DNA of 64,000 bases from Lama glama (lineage: Eukaryota). The stretch spans positions 54,810,001 through 54,874,000 of the forward strand of contig CM052816.1 of assembly GCA_028534125.1 (NCBI GenBank), in the 5' to 3' direction. Under the pieces are notes generated by a model, which was not told the origin of the DNA, did not search any database, and saw only the letters and a program-made list of their open reading frames with translations. Below, one piece after another: positions 1 to 11,758 of this stretch (positions are counted from its first letter, which is position 1; each line of letters opens with the position of its first letter). A program made the position numbers and the translations under genes.

Positions 1-103
1 TTAGGTTTATTTGTTTATTATTTTTTATCAAACGGAGTGACTGGGATCGAACCCATGATGTGCATGTTAAGCATGTGCTCTACCACTGAGCTATACCCTC
101 CCC
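1..103 (-). mobile_element. tRNA-derived SINE (camelid Vic-1-like), cut by the window edge
   Basis: Reverse complement reads GGGGAGGGTATAGCTCAGTGGTAGAGC (A box) ... GGGTTCGATCCC (B box). Confidence 0.85.
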
Positions 104-504
104 ACCTTCATTCATTACTAATGCAGACATTTGACTTGGCTGCGTTTCGAAAATGGTGTTCAAATAACAGACAAAACGAATTATGAAAAAAATTTCTTCC
201 CATTACCTCTAAAGGACAAAGCTTATGAGATCATAGGACACTCAGCCTAATTTAATTTGCATGGTGGAACCACACAATCTGTATTTCCAGTTACTTTGGT
301 AATTGGCACACGCTCTGAAGAACCCAGGGAGCTGCTTTTACAGTTTCCCCCTTTTCTCTGCTGCCCTGCCCTGGGTTGGCGCTCTGCAAGTTCAATCCGG
401 CTTGGTCATCAGTTGTCTAAAAGAACTGCCTGAACTCTTATGAGGCCAAGGTTGTGTAGGAGTCCTGCAGGCTGTCCTGGGTCCCATAGGTGAGCTCTGC
501 TCTC

Positions 505-628
505 CATCAGACTCCAGACCTCTGGAAGGCGGGGACCATTAGTGGCTTGCTCAGTGCTGTATCCCCAGCCTCAAGCGCACTGCCCTAGACACAGAGTAGA
601 TACTCAAATATTTGGCTATATGAACGAA
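505..628. mobile_element. L2 3' end fragment
   Basis: gctgtatccccagc...acagagtagatactcaaatattt. Confidence 0.65.
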
Positions 629-1406
629 GGAGCCTTAGAGATCATCTGAGTACAAAATAAACAAGCCTAATAGAAGCAGCACATATTGCAACACAGCACA
701 CTAAGTCCCCCTCCACATTTTTTTTTTTTTACCATTTTTCAAGAGTGAATATGTGGAAATGTGGGGAAAAAATCAACGAGAAATGAGTGTCGTCTGAAGC
801 ATGTCAGTGGCAGAACAGAAAGCTCCTGCCACAAATGAAAACAGCCTCAGAACTCAGGACATGCAGCCTGGAAGTCATGTGTCAAGTATGATGTAAATAC
901 TTATTTCCTTTTGTCCGCATTTCCCACCTCACCCCAACATGCAGCTGTCCTAATGTGCTAATGCACATCCTTTTGTTTATGTTAGTCCTTAAAACCTGTA
1001 TTGTTTGGTAAGCAGCTGTTTTCGGTTCATGGGGTTTTGATTTATGGTGACGGATCATTTTTTCCTTACTCTGTGTATAAAGGACTGATGTGGAATATCT
1101 GGAGGCCTTGACAGAAAAGAATACAGTATTGATTAAAAGTGTGAATGCTTCATTTGAAATCTTTGAGGGCAGGAAGTAGGGTATAAATAAAGTCAAACTT
1201 GGTCAAGATATCCAGGCTTAGTTTAATAGGAAAGAAGTCTAATAAATTAGATAACAGCATTACGTCTTATCATGTGTGCCTTTTATACCACGAAATAAAT
1301 TTGGTTCAAGGTATTTCCCTCACTAACCTTTGGACCACTCTGAAACAAATATTTCCCTTCAGTTACCTGAGGACTTTCACAGGCTGAGCCAGTCACTTCA
1401 TTTCTT

Positions 1407-1566
1407 TCTTTCTTTCCTTTTTTTTTTTTTTTGCGGGGTATGGGGCTGTTAGGTTTGTTTGTTTGTTTGTTTGTTTGTTTGTTTAAATGACAGCATTGGG
1501 GTTGAAAGCAGGACCTCCTGCATGCTAAGCATGTGCTCTACCACTGAGCTGTACCCTCCCCCACCA
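1407..1566 (-). mobile_element. tRNA-derived SINE with (GTTT)n middle tract and 14-bp TSD
   Basis: A/B boxes; TSD tcacttcatttctt at 1393-1406 and 1567-1580. Confidence 0.9.
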
Positions 1567-1820
1567 TCACTTCATTTCTTAAAGGAATCAAATTACTACA
1601 AGGAAAACAAAAACAAGACAAGCTTTAGGAAGTATGATAATATTTAGTTCCTTCTTAAATTATAAAGAGTCTATTATCCTTTGGGTAGATGTCTGATGGA
1701 TAAATATATTTCAATATTGATATATTTTTAAATGAAGCATTTGAGGATGTAGCCTTATCTGAATCTGCACGGTTTAAGGCGCAGGATTCGAGACATGCGT
1801 TCTCTAAACCCCCAACTTAC

Positions 1821-1962
1821 TTGATCATGAGGCTCTGGCCGTCTATTGCTTCACCATCCCCTAAGTCGTACTTGCTTGTCAAGAAAAGGGAAATCTCTGT
1901 CTTGGCAAGTTGGTTTAATGTGTTTACCTTGTCAGGGTCATTGGGGTCCACAGCTCCTTCCC
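1821..1962 (-). CDS. IQGAP2: IQGAP2 exon (probable 30): EGAVDPNDPDKVNTLNQLAKTEISLFLTSKYDLGDGEAIDGQSLMI; gene continues beyond position 1
   Basis: ctacag acceptor, gtaagt donor; 142 nt; no further exon found in 1-1820. Confidence 0.95.
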
Positions 1963-2520
1963 CTGTAGAAAACAATACATATTATTCTTCTTCCAATTCA
2001 CTGATTGTGATGGTGGCATCAACCATGGAAGATAAAGCTTCTGAAGGAAATACAGGCTCAGCAGTTGAACAGGAGATCATGGTCTTCAGAAGACACTACA
2101 TTCCAATATACTTAAAGTGGTTTTAAAATCTTTGATTTACATGTGAAAATCACATGGGGAACAGGTATTCAAAATTTGAAAAAATTACTAAAAGAGAGAA
2201 ATGCTAGTAAAAGAAAACTTTGGAGAACATAGCAAGGAACTTCTAATAAATTTTGCTCTTTTTCTTTCTTTATGATTGACGAATCCTTTATGATCTATCA
2301 AGAGCTTCAAGAATATCAAATTGTTGTATAATCCACGAAACTAAGAATTACAGAATCTTTCCTGTAGGAAGAGGCTAGTGTAGTTATTAGCCTTTAAGTA
2401 AGCCTAAGTATTAAAATAAAGAAATTTTTTTTGCTCTAGGATAGGAAAACCAACCAAGCAGTCAAGCAAGCAACCAACCAAATACAAACCAGAGGGTAAG
2501 CAGAAGGAAGAAACCCTTAC

Positions 2521-2623
2521 CAAGAAAAGACTCCACATTAGGTACCTCTCCCAGCAATTCCAACAGTTCATTCAGTAAGTCATTCTTTTCAGGTGCAATG
2601 GCATCCTGGTGTTCCAACAGGAG
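2521..2623 (-). CDS. IQGAP2: IQGAP2 exon (probable 29): LLLEHQDAIAPEKNDLLNELLELLGEVPNVESFL
   Basis: ataaag acceptor, gtaagg donor; 103 nt. Confidence 0.95.
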
Positions 2624-2719
2624 CTTTATATAGAAAGCAACACACATAAAAAGAAATCAATTCACACAGGCTACCATGTTTACATAGTGAATGTTTATTG
2701 AACAAATACTGTTTCTGAT

Positions 2720-4415
2720 GTTTTTATTTTTAATTGTAGTAAAATACACATAACAAAATCTACCATATTAACCATTAAAAAATTTTTTTTAAACTTTTTT
2801 TTAAGGGGGAGGTAATTAGGTTTACTTATTTAATGGAGGTACCAGGGACTGAACCCAGGACCTTGTGCATCCTAAGCACACACTCTTACCACTGAGCTAT
2901 ACCCTCCCCCCAATCTTAACCATTTTTAAGTGCAAAATTCAGTAGTGTTGTACATTAACATTGTTATGCAACCAGTCCACATAACTCATTCATCTTGCAA
3001 AACTGAAACTCTATATCCACTAAACAACTCCCCATTCCACCATTCTATTTTTTTCTCTTGAAATGTGGCTATTCCAGATATACCATATAAGTGGAATTAT
3101 ACAGTATTTGTCCTTTTGTATCTGGTTTATTCACTTGACATAGTGTCCTCAAGGTTCATCCATGTTGTAGCTTATGTAAGGATTTCACTTCTTTTTAAGG
3201 CTGAATAGTATTTCATCGTATGTATATGCCACATGTTGTTTATCCATTCATCTGTCAACTCGGGTTGTTTCCACCTTTTGACTACTGTACAATGCTGCAA
3301 TGCACATGAGGATACAAATATCTCTTTGACTGCTTGTTCTTTTGAGTATATACTGAGAACTGGATCTGCTTTAATTTTTTTGAGAAACTATCATACTATT
3401 TTCCACAGCAGCTATACCATTTAACATTCCCATAGTATAAAAAGGGTTTTAATTTCTCTGCATCTTTGCCAACAGATTTTCTGGTTTTTGCTTTTATAGC
3501 AGCCACCATAATGGGTGTGAGGTGGTATCTCGTGTTTTTTCTTCCCCGTCTAAATCAAATGGTAGATTTATTGGCTGTCTCTGTTATTACAATGAGGAAA
3601 AATCATTATGGTTTTGATTTGGATTTCTCTAGTCATTAGTGATGTTGAGCATCTTTTCATATGCTTGACAGCCATTTCTACATCTTCTTAGGAGAAACAT
3701 CTATTCAAGTCTCTAGTTCATTTTAAAATTGTTGCTGATGTTGAATTGTGGTAGTTCTTTACATATTCTGGATATTAATCCCTTATCACAATATGATTTG
3801 CAAATATTCCTCCTATTCCATTGGCTGTCACTATGTTGATTATGTCCTTTGATATATAGCTGTTCATTTTAAAATCAGATTATTTATCTTATCATTAAAT
3901 TGTAGGTTTTCTTTATATAGTCTGAATATAGGTCCTTTAACAGATATATTACTTGCTGTTATTTTCTCTCATTCCCTTGGTTGTCTTTTCAATTTCTTGA
4001 CGGCAATGTTTACAGCACAAAAGTTTTTAATTTTGATGAGGTCCAATGTATCTGTTTTTCTTTTGCTGCTTGTACATTTGGTGTCATATCTAAGAAACCA
4101 ATGCCTAATCCAGAGTCAAAAATATTTACTCCTTTATTTTCTTCTAAGAGTTTTATAGTTCGAGCTCTTTCATTTAGGTCTCTGATCCATTTCGAGTTTA
4201 TTTCTGCATAGGTTGGAAGGAAGAGGTCCATCTTTATTCTTGGCCATGTGGATTTCCAGTTGTCCCAACACAGTTTGCTAAAAAGACTATTCTTTTCCTA
4301 TTGAACTGTTCTAGTACTTGTCAAAAACGAACTGACCATGTATTTGAAGATTCCTCAATTCTCAGTTCTATCCCAGCATGTATATCCTTACACCAGAACC
4401 ACACTGCCTTGATTA
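2720..4415 (-). mobile_element. Old L1 (L1M-type) 3' UTR and ORF2 end, with nested insertions
   Basis: ORF 4010-4231 (INSKWIRDLN..TIKLLEEN) is an ORF2 C-terminal remnant; typical L1M 3' UTR; boundaries approximate. Confidence 0.85.
2777..2911 (-). mobile_element. tRNA-derived SINE inserted in an L1 3' end
   Basis: Same consensus; ttaaccatt duplicated on both flanks. Confidence 0.88.
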
Positions 4416-5811
4416 GTTCCTTCTCCATTCTCTTCTGATCTTTAAGATTAGTGAAGGAGACAGTATCTGTTTAATGTTGAATTTCCCTTAACATTTGCTG
4501 ATACTTACTAAGGATTTTAAGAAAAAAGGAGGAAACCTCAGACGCATAGCTTTAAGGAAGCAATTCTATTCAATTACTGTTTCTATTATATTTACTTTAA
4601 AAGTTTCTGTCCATTGCAAAGCATGCTAGTTTTGTTTTTCTACTGTGGTTAGAAGTATTTCGTTCTAAAGCAAAGATATCACACACTTTTTTTTTTAAAG
4701 GAAAGGTGATTTAAAGAAAGATGTTACATAAATAATAGAGACGATACAAAGACACAGTGAAATCTAGTCCACAGGTTATTTTGGGCGAAGGTAAGTTAGA
4801 GACAAGAAAGCAAGATGGATGAATTTATGTTCCTGTTCTCTGCAGAGATGGGACAGCTGACTTGACTGTTGTCCTGGAAAGGGCTGACTCAGGCAGCCAG
4901 CTTCTCCTTTGACATGTTCCTTAGAGAACAAGGGACAAGCCTGTGGCCATGGGCTTGGCAGGTCGTGCTGTGGCCAGACTTGTGTCTGCATGTGAATGCC
5001 TCCTCGCTTGAGACAGACAATAAACAGGGCAGTCTTTCCCTGCAATTGCATTTCTCCCGCGTTACTACATCTGCTTCCAACCTAACATGTGAAGGAATTC
5101 CAAATCGGTTACAAGTTATGTTTCCCAGGGCTGGATTCTGTTTTCAATTCTTGTTAACAAAAGGAACAGACCATTTCTCCTTAAAGAGTAATAGCCTAAT
5201 TTAATACAGTCACACTGTCTCTCTGCTCTCCTTGGGAAAGATTCTCTCTTTCTAAAAGAGACCTTGCCACAGCTTTTCCTGCACGAGGCTGTTGCCCTCA
5301 GCACATGTGTGGCCAACATGGGGACATTTTTTTGAGACAGATAATTTGCCATAAAAATAGATAAATGGGTTGTTGCTCAAAGATGAAGGAGTCTACTTGT
5401 TCATTAGAAAATTATTTTTGCAAATAGTGCAATGCTATGATTTTGATTGTTTATACAGACGGAAAACAAATATAGCCTCTTTATTTAACCAACCAACTCA
5501 TCCCCTCAGCTGGTCACTCAGACCTGCCTTCGTTTCGGGTCACTCAAAATACCGATAGAGAGCTTGTTGCAAATGTTACGAAGGTTACCTGCCCCAACCC
5601 TGAAAGAGGGAAATCAAAAGCAGATCCAATCTTTCTTCTTAGTTTCTTAGAAGAGCTTAATAATGAAGCTGGAAATTTTGAGCAGCCTATTTGCTACATG
5701 TTAGTATACCTGATTCGGTGGGAGCAGGAGCAGGGGCAGGACCTTTGAGAGGTGTGTATTTGTTACGCTTTCCCCTAGTTGTGTGTATAATCGGAAGCTA
5801 GCTGTAGCCTT

Positions 5812-5902
5812 AACCAGGGCTTCTTGATCTTTAGTGTGTATCTGAGTCACCTGGGATCTTGCCAGAATGCAGGTTCTGATTTGGAAGGTCTGGGGCAGAC
5901 CT
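5812..5902. mobile_element. MER5A-like hAT fragment
   Basis: gagtcacctgggatcttg..aatgcaggttctgatt..aggtctgggg. Confidence 0.7.
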
Positions 5903-6634
5903 CTATCACGTCCTCTTAGTTTAGAGATCCAGAACTATTCTTGAAAAGGTTACATTTTTAAGCACCTAGATGTTTCAGGCAATAAGTTTCAACTGGTCTT
6001 AGACAAACAAACAAACAAACACCCTCTCAACGCTGAGAAAACTGCCTGCCCCCCAAATGCACTTAATACAGGCAAATGGTCGGTGGTGGTGATGTGTGAA
6101 CCGGAGGGAGACGTTATGACACAGCACAGCCTGAAACTGTCAGCGTCTAGGAAACGGGGGTTTCCAGAACGACAGAAGGAGTTCTTAGCTGGCGGCTACT
6201 GTTGGGTGCCTTCTTCTCCCCAACCTGGAGCAGACTGTTTATTCCCGCTCTTTATGCCCAGATATTAGAAAAGACAGAACATTCTCATTCCTCCAGAAAA
6301 TTACTGGAAAAGCAAAGAGAATTCCTGAAAGGGGAGAACAGACTGTGAGGGTCCGGGCAGGGTGGCCTTGGTGGGTGGGGAAAGTACTGAGGCTCCCTCT
6401 GCTCAGGGCTGAAACTGCACGTTCACCATCTGACTGTAAGTGGATTTCCTCATTTGGGGAAAGGAGATTTATTAATGCATGAAAGTCAAGGAACAAATCA
6501 TCAAATTTTGTTTAGGGTTAAAAATATTCATACGAACACATGCTTACAGTAATCCCCGTGGAAACAAAACATTTTCAAAAGCAGATGTCTGGACCCTGGG
6601 TCCACTGCCGAGACCCTCCTCCAGCCCCACTTAC

Positions 6635-6767
6635 TGAATGGGTGCTGATGATTTCTTCAATTGAAATATAAATGACCGGCTTGCTGACTGTCACCACATC
6701 TGTGTATTTATCCATATTAAACTTTTCTTCTGGTTCAGGGACATCACATGCTTCTTTGAAATATTTC
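6635..6767 (-). CDS. IQGAP2: IQGAP2 exon (probable 28): KYFKEACDVPEPEEKFNMDKYTDVVTVSKPVIYISIEEIISTHS
   Basis: ttttag acceptor, gtaagt donor; 133 nt. Confidence 0.96.
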
Positions 6768-8835
6768 CTAAAAAAGGAGGGGAGTAAAAGTCTTAAGACA
6801 GAGTCAAAATTGTGAGTTAAACCGCTTTATCAAAACAGTCAGGGAATCTTCAGTGATGGCTACTGCTTTGCTCTACCCCACATCTCAGGGGACTTGTTAC
6901 AGTATCTTCCGGGCTGGCTCCGGACTGCGGAAGCCAAGTTCCCATTTCCAGATGTTAGACCCAGGTCCTCAGACAGTAAGGGCCTCAGGCCCTGTGACTG
7001 ACTCAGTGTAATCAAACTATGGGCAGGTCATTGAGAAAAAAAAGAAACTATACCTGAAAGTTAAACAAAAATGTCGACTGATGCTCCTTGATCTAAGAAT
7101 CCAGTCTTTTCAGAGAAAACAATCCAAAAAGCAATTATGAAATGTGCTACTTTAATTGGCACAAACTCCTAGGCCGCCAATATCTGAACAACCTTTCAGA
7201 GCTTCTGTTACCAATTTGACAAAAATTCAAGTTAAGCCTATTCTACTCTTAGTTGATCCAGACAACAGTTGTGGGCTGGAAAGACTGTTAAGACTAGACA
7301 CAAACACATGGAACAACACTTTCCTCCAGTGCTCAGACTCTCAAAAGTCTGCTGTTTTCAGCTACAGCAAATTTAGAGATAGAGAAAAGACAGGTATGTT
7401 GTGATCACGGCTTAGGGGGGAATCCTTTGCACAGGCAGAGTAAGTATTTTATTCTATAAATCTGTAAATGTTTCATAAACCTGAAATTATCCTGGGTCTA
7501 TTACCTAAGGGCACCCAAGGCTTGTACACCACAAAGAGCTCTGTCTTCCCACCCTCGGGCTGGGGGAGGTTAAATGGTGGTCATGTCCCACGTGACAACT
7601 AGTCTCCCTGCACTGTTTAGAAGTGCTTTTTTTTCTTTTCTTTTTTCTTTTCTTTTTTTTTTTCCTTTGGGCTATGATCTTTCATAGGTTGCTGAGGAAC
7701 ACAAAGGATAAATTTGAGTGGAAGAGGGAAAAAGAAAGATAGTATTTAAGAGATGAAGGGGGCTTTTGGTTTTGTTTCCTTTTACGTGAAGAAGACTTGA
7801 AAACAGGTGTCGGGTGGGAATAATCTGAGAAAAAAAGAAGTAAAAAGAGCTTCTAATAGCAGATATCTGCAAGAAATGGATGTTACTTTTTTGGTCAGTG
7901 AGAAGACCTAAAATGAGCAGCTTGAGGAATCAAAACTTCCCTGAGTGAGAGGATTGGGGGAAATTTTCTCACAAGAGATCACAAATTCCAAACAGAGATT
8001 CATGATCATGAACTACATTCGTCAGGAGATAAATCACTCATCCAGAGGAAAACTGACGAATGGGAAATTATCATTTCCAGGGGTGGCGTGAAAAGGGCCA
8101 CACTGATGTCACACTTGTATGACTTACTGACTGAACAGAAAGAGAATACAATTGGCAAGGTGACTGTGTCCCCTCAGGGTGCCTCAGGGTGAGAGAATCC
8201 TCCTGTGAGACTGCCTCCCCCCATGTCCCTGTGGAATGATCAGTCGACACAATTCAGAAAACATATGACGTCAACAGACTTACTTTACATGTCTATTTAA
8301 GAGATGTTTGAGAATAAAACAGAACATACTCACACCCAATCCTCAACAAATATAAAAGCTGGATTTTCCCAGCCTTTCAAAACCAAATACTCAGTTTCCT
8401 AGTACCGTCTGATGCAGATCAGGCAAGCTTTTCCTCAGTGGACAAGTACTTAAAAACCAAACCAAACTCTCTTTTTAAGTTCAGAAAGCAGAAGCTAGCT
8501 ATTCTGATATTGTAATTGTAAGTACTATACGCCCATAGCCCAGCAAAAAGAATAAATATTTCATTTTGTCAACAGTAGAAATCACACATATGGGGATGAC
8601 TCAGTGGCACAGGGGCACTGGGGGTGGGGGTGGAGGAGGGGACAGGGAACACCAGACAGAAGTAATCTAGCCTCCTCCCCCCTCCCCCTTCCTCTTTGGT
8701 GCCAACCAGTAGAAGAAACCCACGCAACCCCCCGAGATTCCTGCCTGCACCCCCAACTCCAGCTCTGGACACAGAACACACATCATTTGTGCCCGCCATC
8801 TTGTACGTTTCTCCAAAGGGAATGAGCCCTTGTAC

Positions 8836-9068
8836 CTGAACTTCTGATACGTCTCTGATAAATAACTGTTCATAGATGAGAGATGCTCGTTTTCTCCTTC
8901 GAAGAGCTTGTTGGAGGCTGCGTGCTGAAGAACCTTGGCCACGGATCCCAAGTTTCTCCTCTGGTCAGAATTCACCTGCCCCCCGGCCGTCATGTCGATG
9001 ATATCAAAGCCGTCTGGGGCTACAATGGCTGGGTTCATGTACCGATAGTACAGGAGGTTTCCGACAAT
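8836..9068 (-). CDS. IQGAP2: IQGAP2 exon (probable 27), GRD core: IVGNLLYYRYMNPAIVAPDGFDIIDM...LSETYQKF
   Basis: caccag acceptor, gtacaa donor; 233 nt; YYRYMNPAIVAP is the IQGAP form of the RasGAP FLR motif. Confidence 0.97.
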
Positions 9069-9491
9069 CTGGTGTGACGCAGAAGAAAAGACTATTTTTA
9101 AGAGAGAAAACTCAAGACTTTGGAGCATTTTTAAAAAGTGAATATTAATTGACGTTTCCCAAGAAAGCAAATTATCTTCTGATTCCTAACAAGCAGTTAA
9201 GTAAAGTCAGTGAATATAATCATACATGACTAATATAGTTAATAAAATTATTTTTGATAAAAAATATGCCATTGCCCCCAAATGCTCTAATATAAAGAAT
9301 CTCAATAATGGGTATGATCTCCAAATTAACCTCAGGATAATCAACAATCTTGATAGCCATTAGAAACAGAAGACCTGTAGCTTAGTATAAACAGTCACAC
9401 AAGGGGAAACATTTTACAAAATCGGTGTGCTGGTAATTTTGGCTCATACCCCCAAAAGAAGCTACGGTGAGATTCACCCTTGAAAATCTAC

Positions 9492-9576
9492 CTTTAATAG
9501 CTCATCTTCTGTTGCATCGGGAAATTTCTCATGGATCGAATTCTTCAGTACTTTGGCTATATACCTCAATCCATAA
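9492..9576 (-). CDS. IQGAP2: IQGAP2 exon (probable 26): YGLRYIAKVLKNSIHEKFPDATEDELLK
   Basis: atgtag acceptor, gtagat donor; 85 nt. Confidence 0.96.
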
Positions 9577-9927
9577 CTACATGGAAAACAGATGACAAAA
9601 GAAAATAATGGAAAAGGCTAAGTGAGGAAGAAACACGCAGAAACTGTTGCAGTCAACTAAAGCCGAGCAGTTTCCCTAAAAACCAAACACAAAATGAGAT
9701 GGTAACGGAATCACAGGACCGCCATGGATGACAGTAACTGAGTACTGTTTTACACTGTTCCCTCCCCGGAGAACAGCCATGAATTAAAAATGCCAAAGTC
9801 AGCAAACTTTCAAACTAATAAGTGCAATATAAGGGAGAACTCCTATCTTCACTACCGGGGTTTATTTTACATAACATTTCAAGAGCTTTCAGCAAAGAAT
9901 GTTACAGTTGTGACATGTACGACTTAC

Positions 9928-10068
9928 GGCAGTAGATCCAGGGAGGAAATGATAGAATTCAGGACTTTGTCTGTGACCCTTCTCAGGTTCTCGGTGGATG
10001 CCTCCAGTTTGTTTCTCACTTCTGGGTAAGTCAGAGCTTGCTCTGTGGTCACATCGTAAGGCAGCTTG
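9928..10068 (-). CDS. IQGAP2: IQGAP2 exon (probable 25): KLPYDVTTEQALTYPEVRNKLEASTENLRRVTDKVLNSIISSLDLL
   Basis: tttcag acceptor, gtaagt donor; 141 nt. Confidence 0.96.
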
Positions 10069-10383
10069 CTGAAAACACAACACACAGGGGCTTCCAGTGA
10101 ATTGGGGGCTTAGGTACAAGGATCTGTATCCTTGCCAAGCTGGTTCTATGGTCAAGCTCTGTATTGTGAATGGGACTTTGCCCACCGACTCCAATGATAA
10201 AATATTAGCTGGGGGTGTGGGGGGTGGAGACCCTGCATGCCCACATGGAATCCTCTGGCACCAGTGAAGCCAGGAGACTCCAGTCTCCATCTGGGCTCTT
10301 CTGGCAAAAATAACAGGCAGACCCAGGTAATGTAGACCCAGCTAACTTTCTCTCCCTTTTTTTAATTACAAAAAGCAATATGA

Positions 10384-10575
10384 TTTGCAGATACTAACTA
10401 CTATCTATAAAATAAACAACAAGCTTCTACTGTATAGCACAGGGAACTATATTCAATATCTCGTAGTAACCTATAGTGAAAAGGAATATATGTATGTATA
10501 TGTATGACTGAACTATAATGCTGTATGCCAAAAATTGATATAACATTGTAAATGGACTATACTTCAATTAAAAAG
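10384..10575 (+). mobile_element. Short L1 3' end fragment
   Basis: ctgtatagcacagggaactatattcaata motif; agcaatatg duplicated on the flanks. Confidence 0.85.
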
Positions 10576-11533
10576 AGCAATATGTTCTTTACTATAAAAG
10601 TTGCATAGAAACAAACAAGAAAACAACACTGACCCAGATAGAACCACTTTCCCTATCTTACTGCACTACATACACCTTTCTAGGTCCTTCTCTGCGCATG
10701 TCTGCATATACAGGCCTCACACGTTCCTGGGTGTAATGCAGTTTGTATATATACACATCCCATACAGATCTTACGTGTATGTGTGTATATATGCTCAATT
10801 TTTTAAAAATAGACAATGAGTTACTGTACCAAACTAAAACTGAAACCTATACCATAATGTTTTCCCCAGGCCAACGAATATATTTCTATACCACCATTCC
10901 AAATAGCTGCTTACTACTCAAATATGTATTATACAAACATTTATTTAACAGATTCCCCAAAGCTAAATATTTTGACTTTCCCCAGTGTTTGCTATTACAA
11001 ACAGCGCTGTGACAACCACCCGTGCAATTCTCTGTGCCTATCTTAATCACTTCACAAGGCATCCTTTTGCGGGAACTGAAAAGCTGGGATGGCTTAGGTC
11101 TACAAACCACCACCCAGAAGAAGTCAGTCCCAGCTGGCTTGTGTATGCTCACATGTTCAAGTTAATCACTTGGTAAAATGTGAAAAAGTAGGTATTATCA
11201 GGTGAAGAGAAAGTGTGTGCTATTTCTAGGTCTACGGTTAGGAACACACAAAGAAAAACCATGGGAGAGGACTCTGGAAGTTGTGGCTTTGGGAATCAAC
11301 TGGTACCAAAATTTGAAAACACCAAGTACTGTCAAGATGAGCAGGAGTCCAAGAACGCGGTCTGCGTGGGTAAGTTAGAGGGAGGGAAAGATATCTCGGA
11401 TTGGAAGCTGACTTCGTAGAGTCAATTCTGTTCTTTTGACAGAGCTTAACAGAGTTTAAGAGTATGTATAAATACACACGTGTGAAAAAGATCATGAAAC
11501 GACTGAAAACCAGCGTCGCCCTGGCTTTGCTAC

Positions 11534-11758
11534 CTGGCTTCTCCAGTCTGTGTTTCTAGCTGATTCACCCAGGCCTTGTACACCTCCACAGGGCTCGTGT
11601 TGATGATCAGGGCCTTGTCATCGATGGTGTCCTTCAGCACCGGAGCCAGGAGCTGGCGCAGCGTGTTCTGCCCACGGGCACCTCTGTTGAAGCTGACCAC
11701 CATCTTGATGACTGTTGGGTTCCCAGTAACTATGTCCTGGACCTGGTCCACCTTTGAT
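11534..11758 (-). CDS. IQGAP2: IQGAP2 exon (probable 24), GAP-related domain: SKVDQVQDIVTGNPTVIKMVVSFNRGARGQN...ETQTGEA
   Basis: ttctag acceptor, gtagca donor; 225 nt. Confidence 0.96.

Noticed and set aside
3716..4030. Apparent 150-bp tandem duplication
   Set aside because: Two diverged overlapping L1 segments; ordinary repeat rearrangement
8266..8273. Perfect CRE palindrome TGACGTCA in an intron
   Set aside because: A single 8-mer in 64 kb with no promoter context
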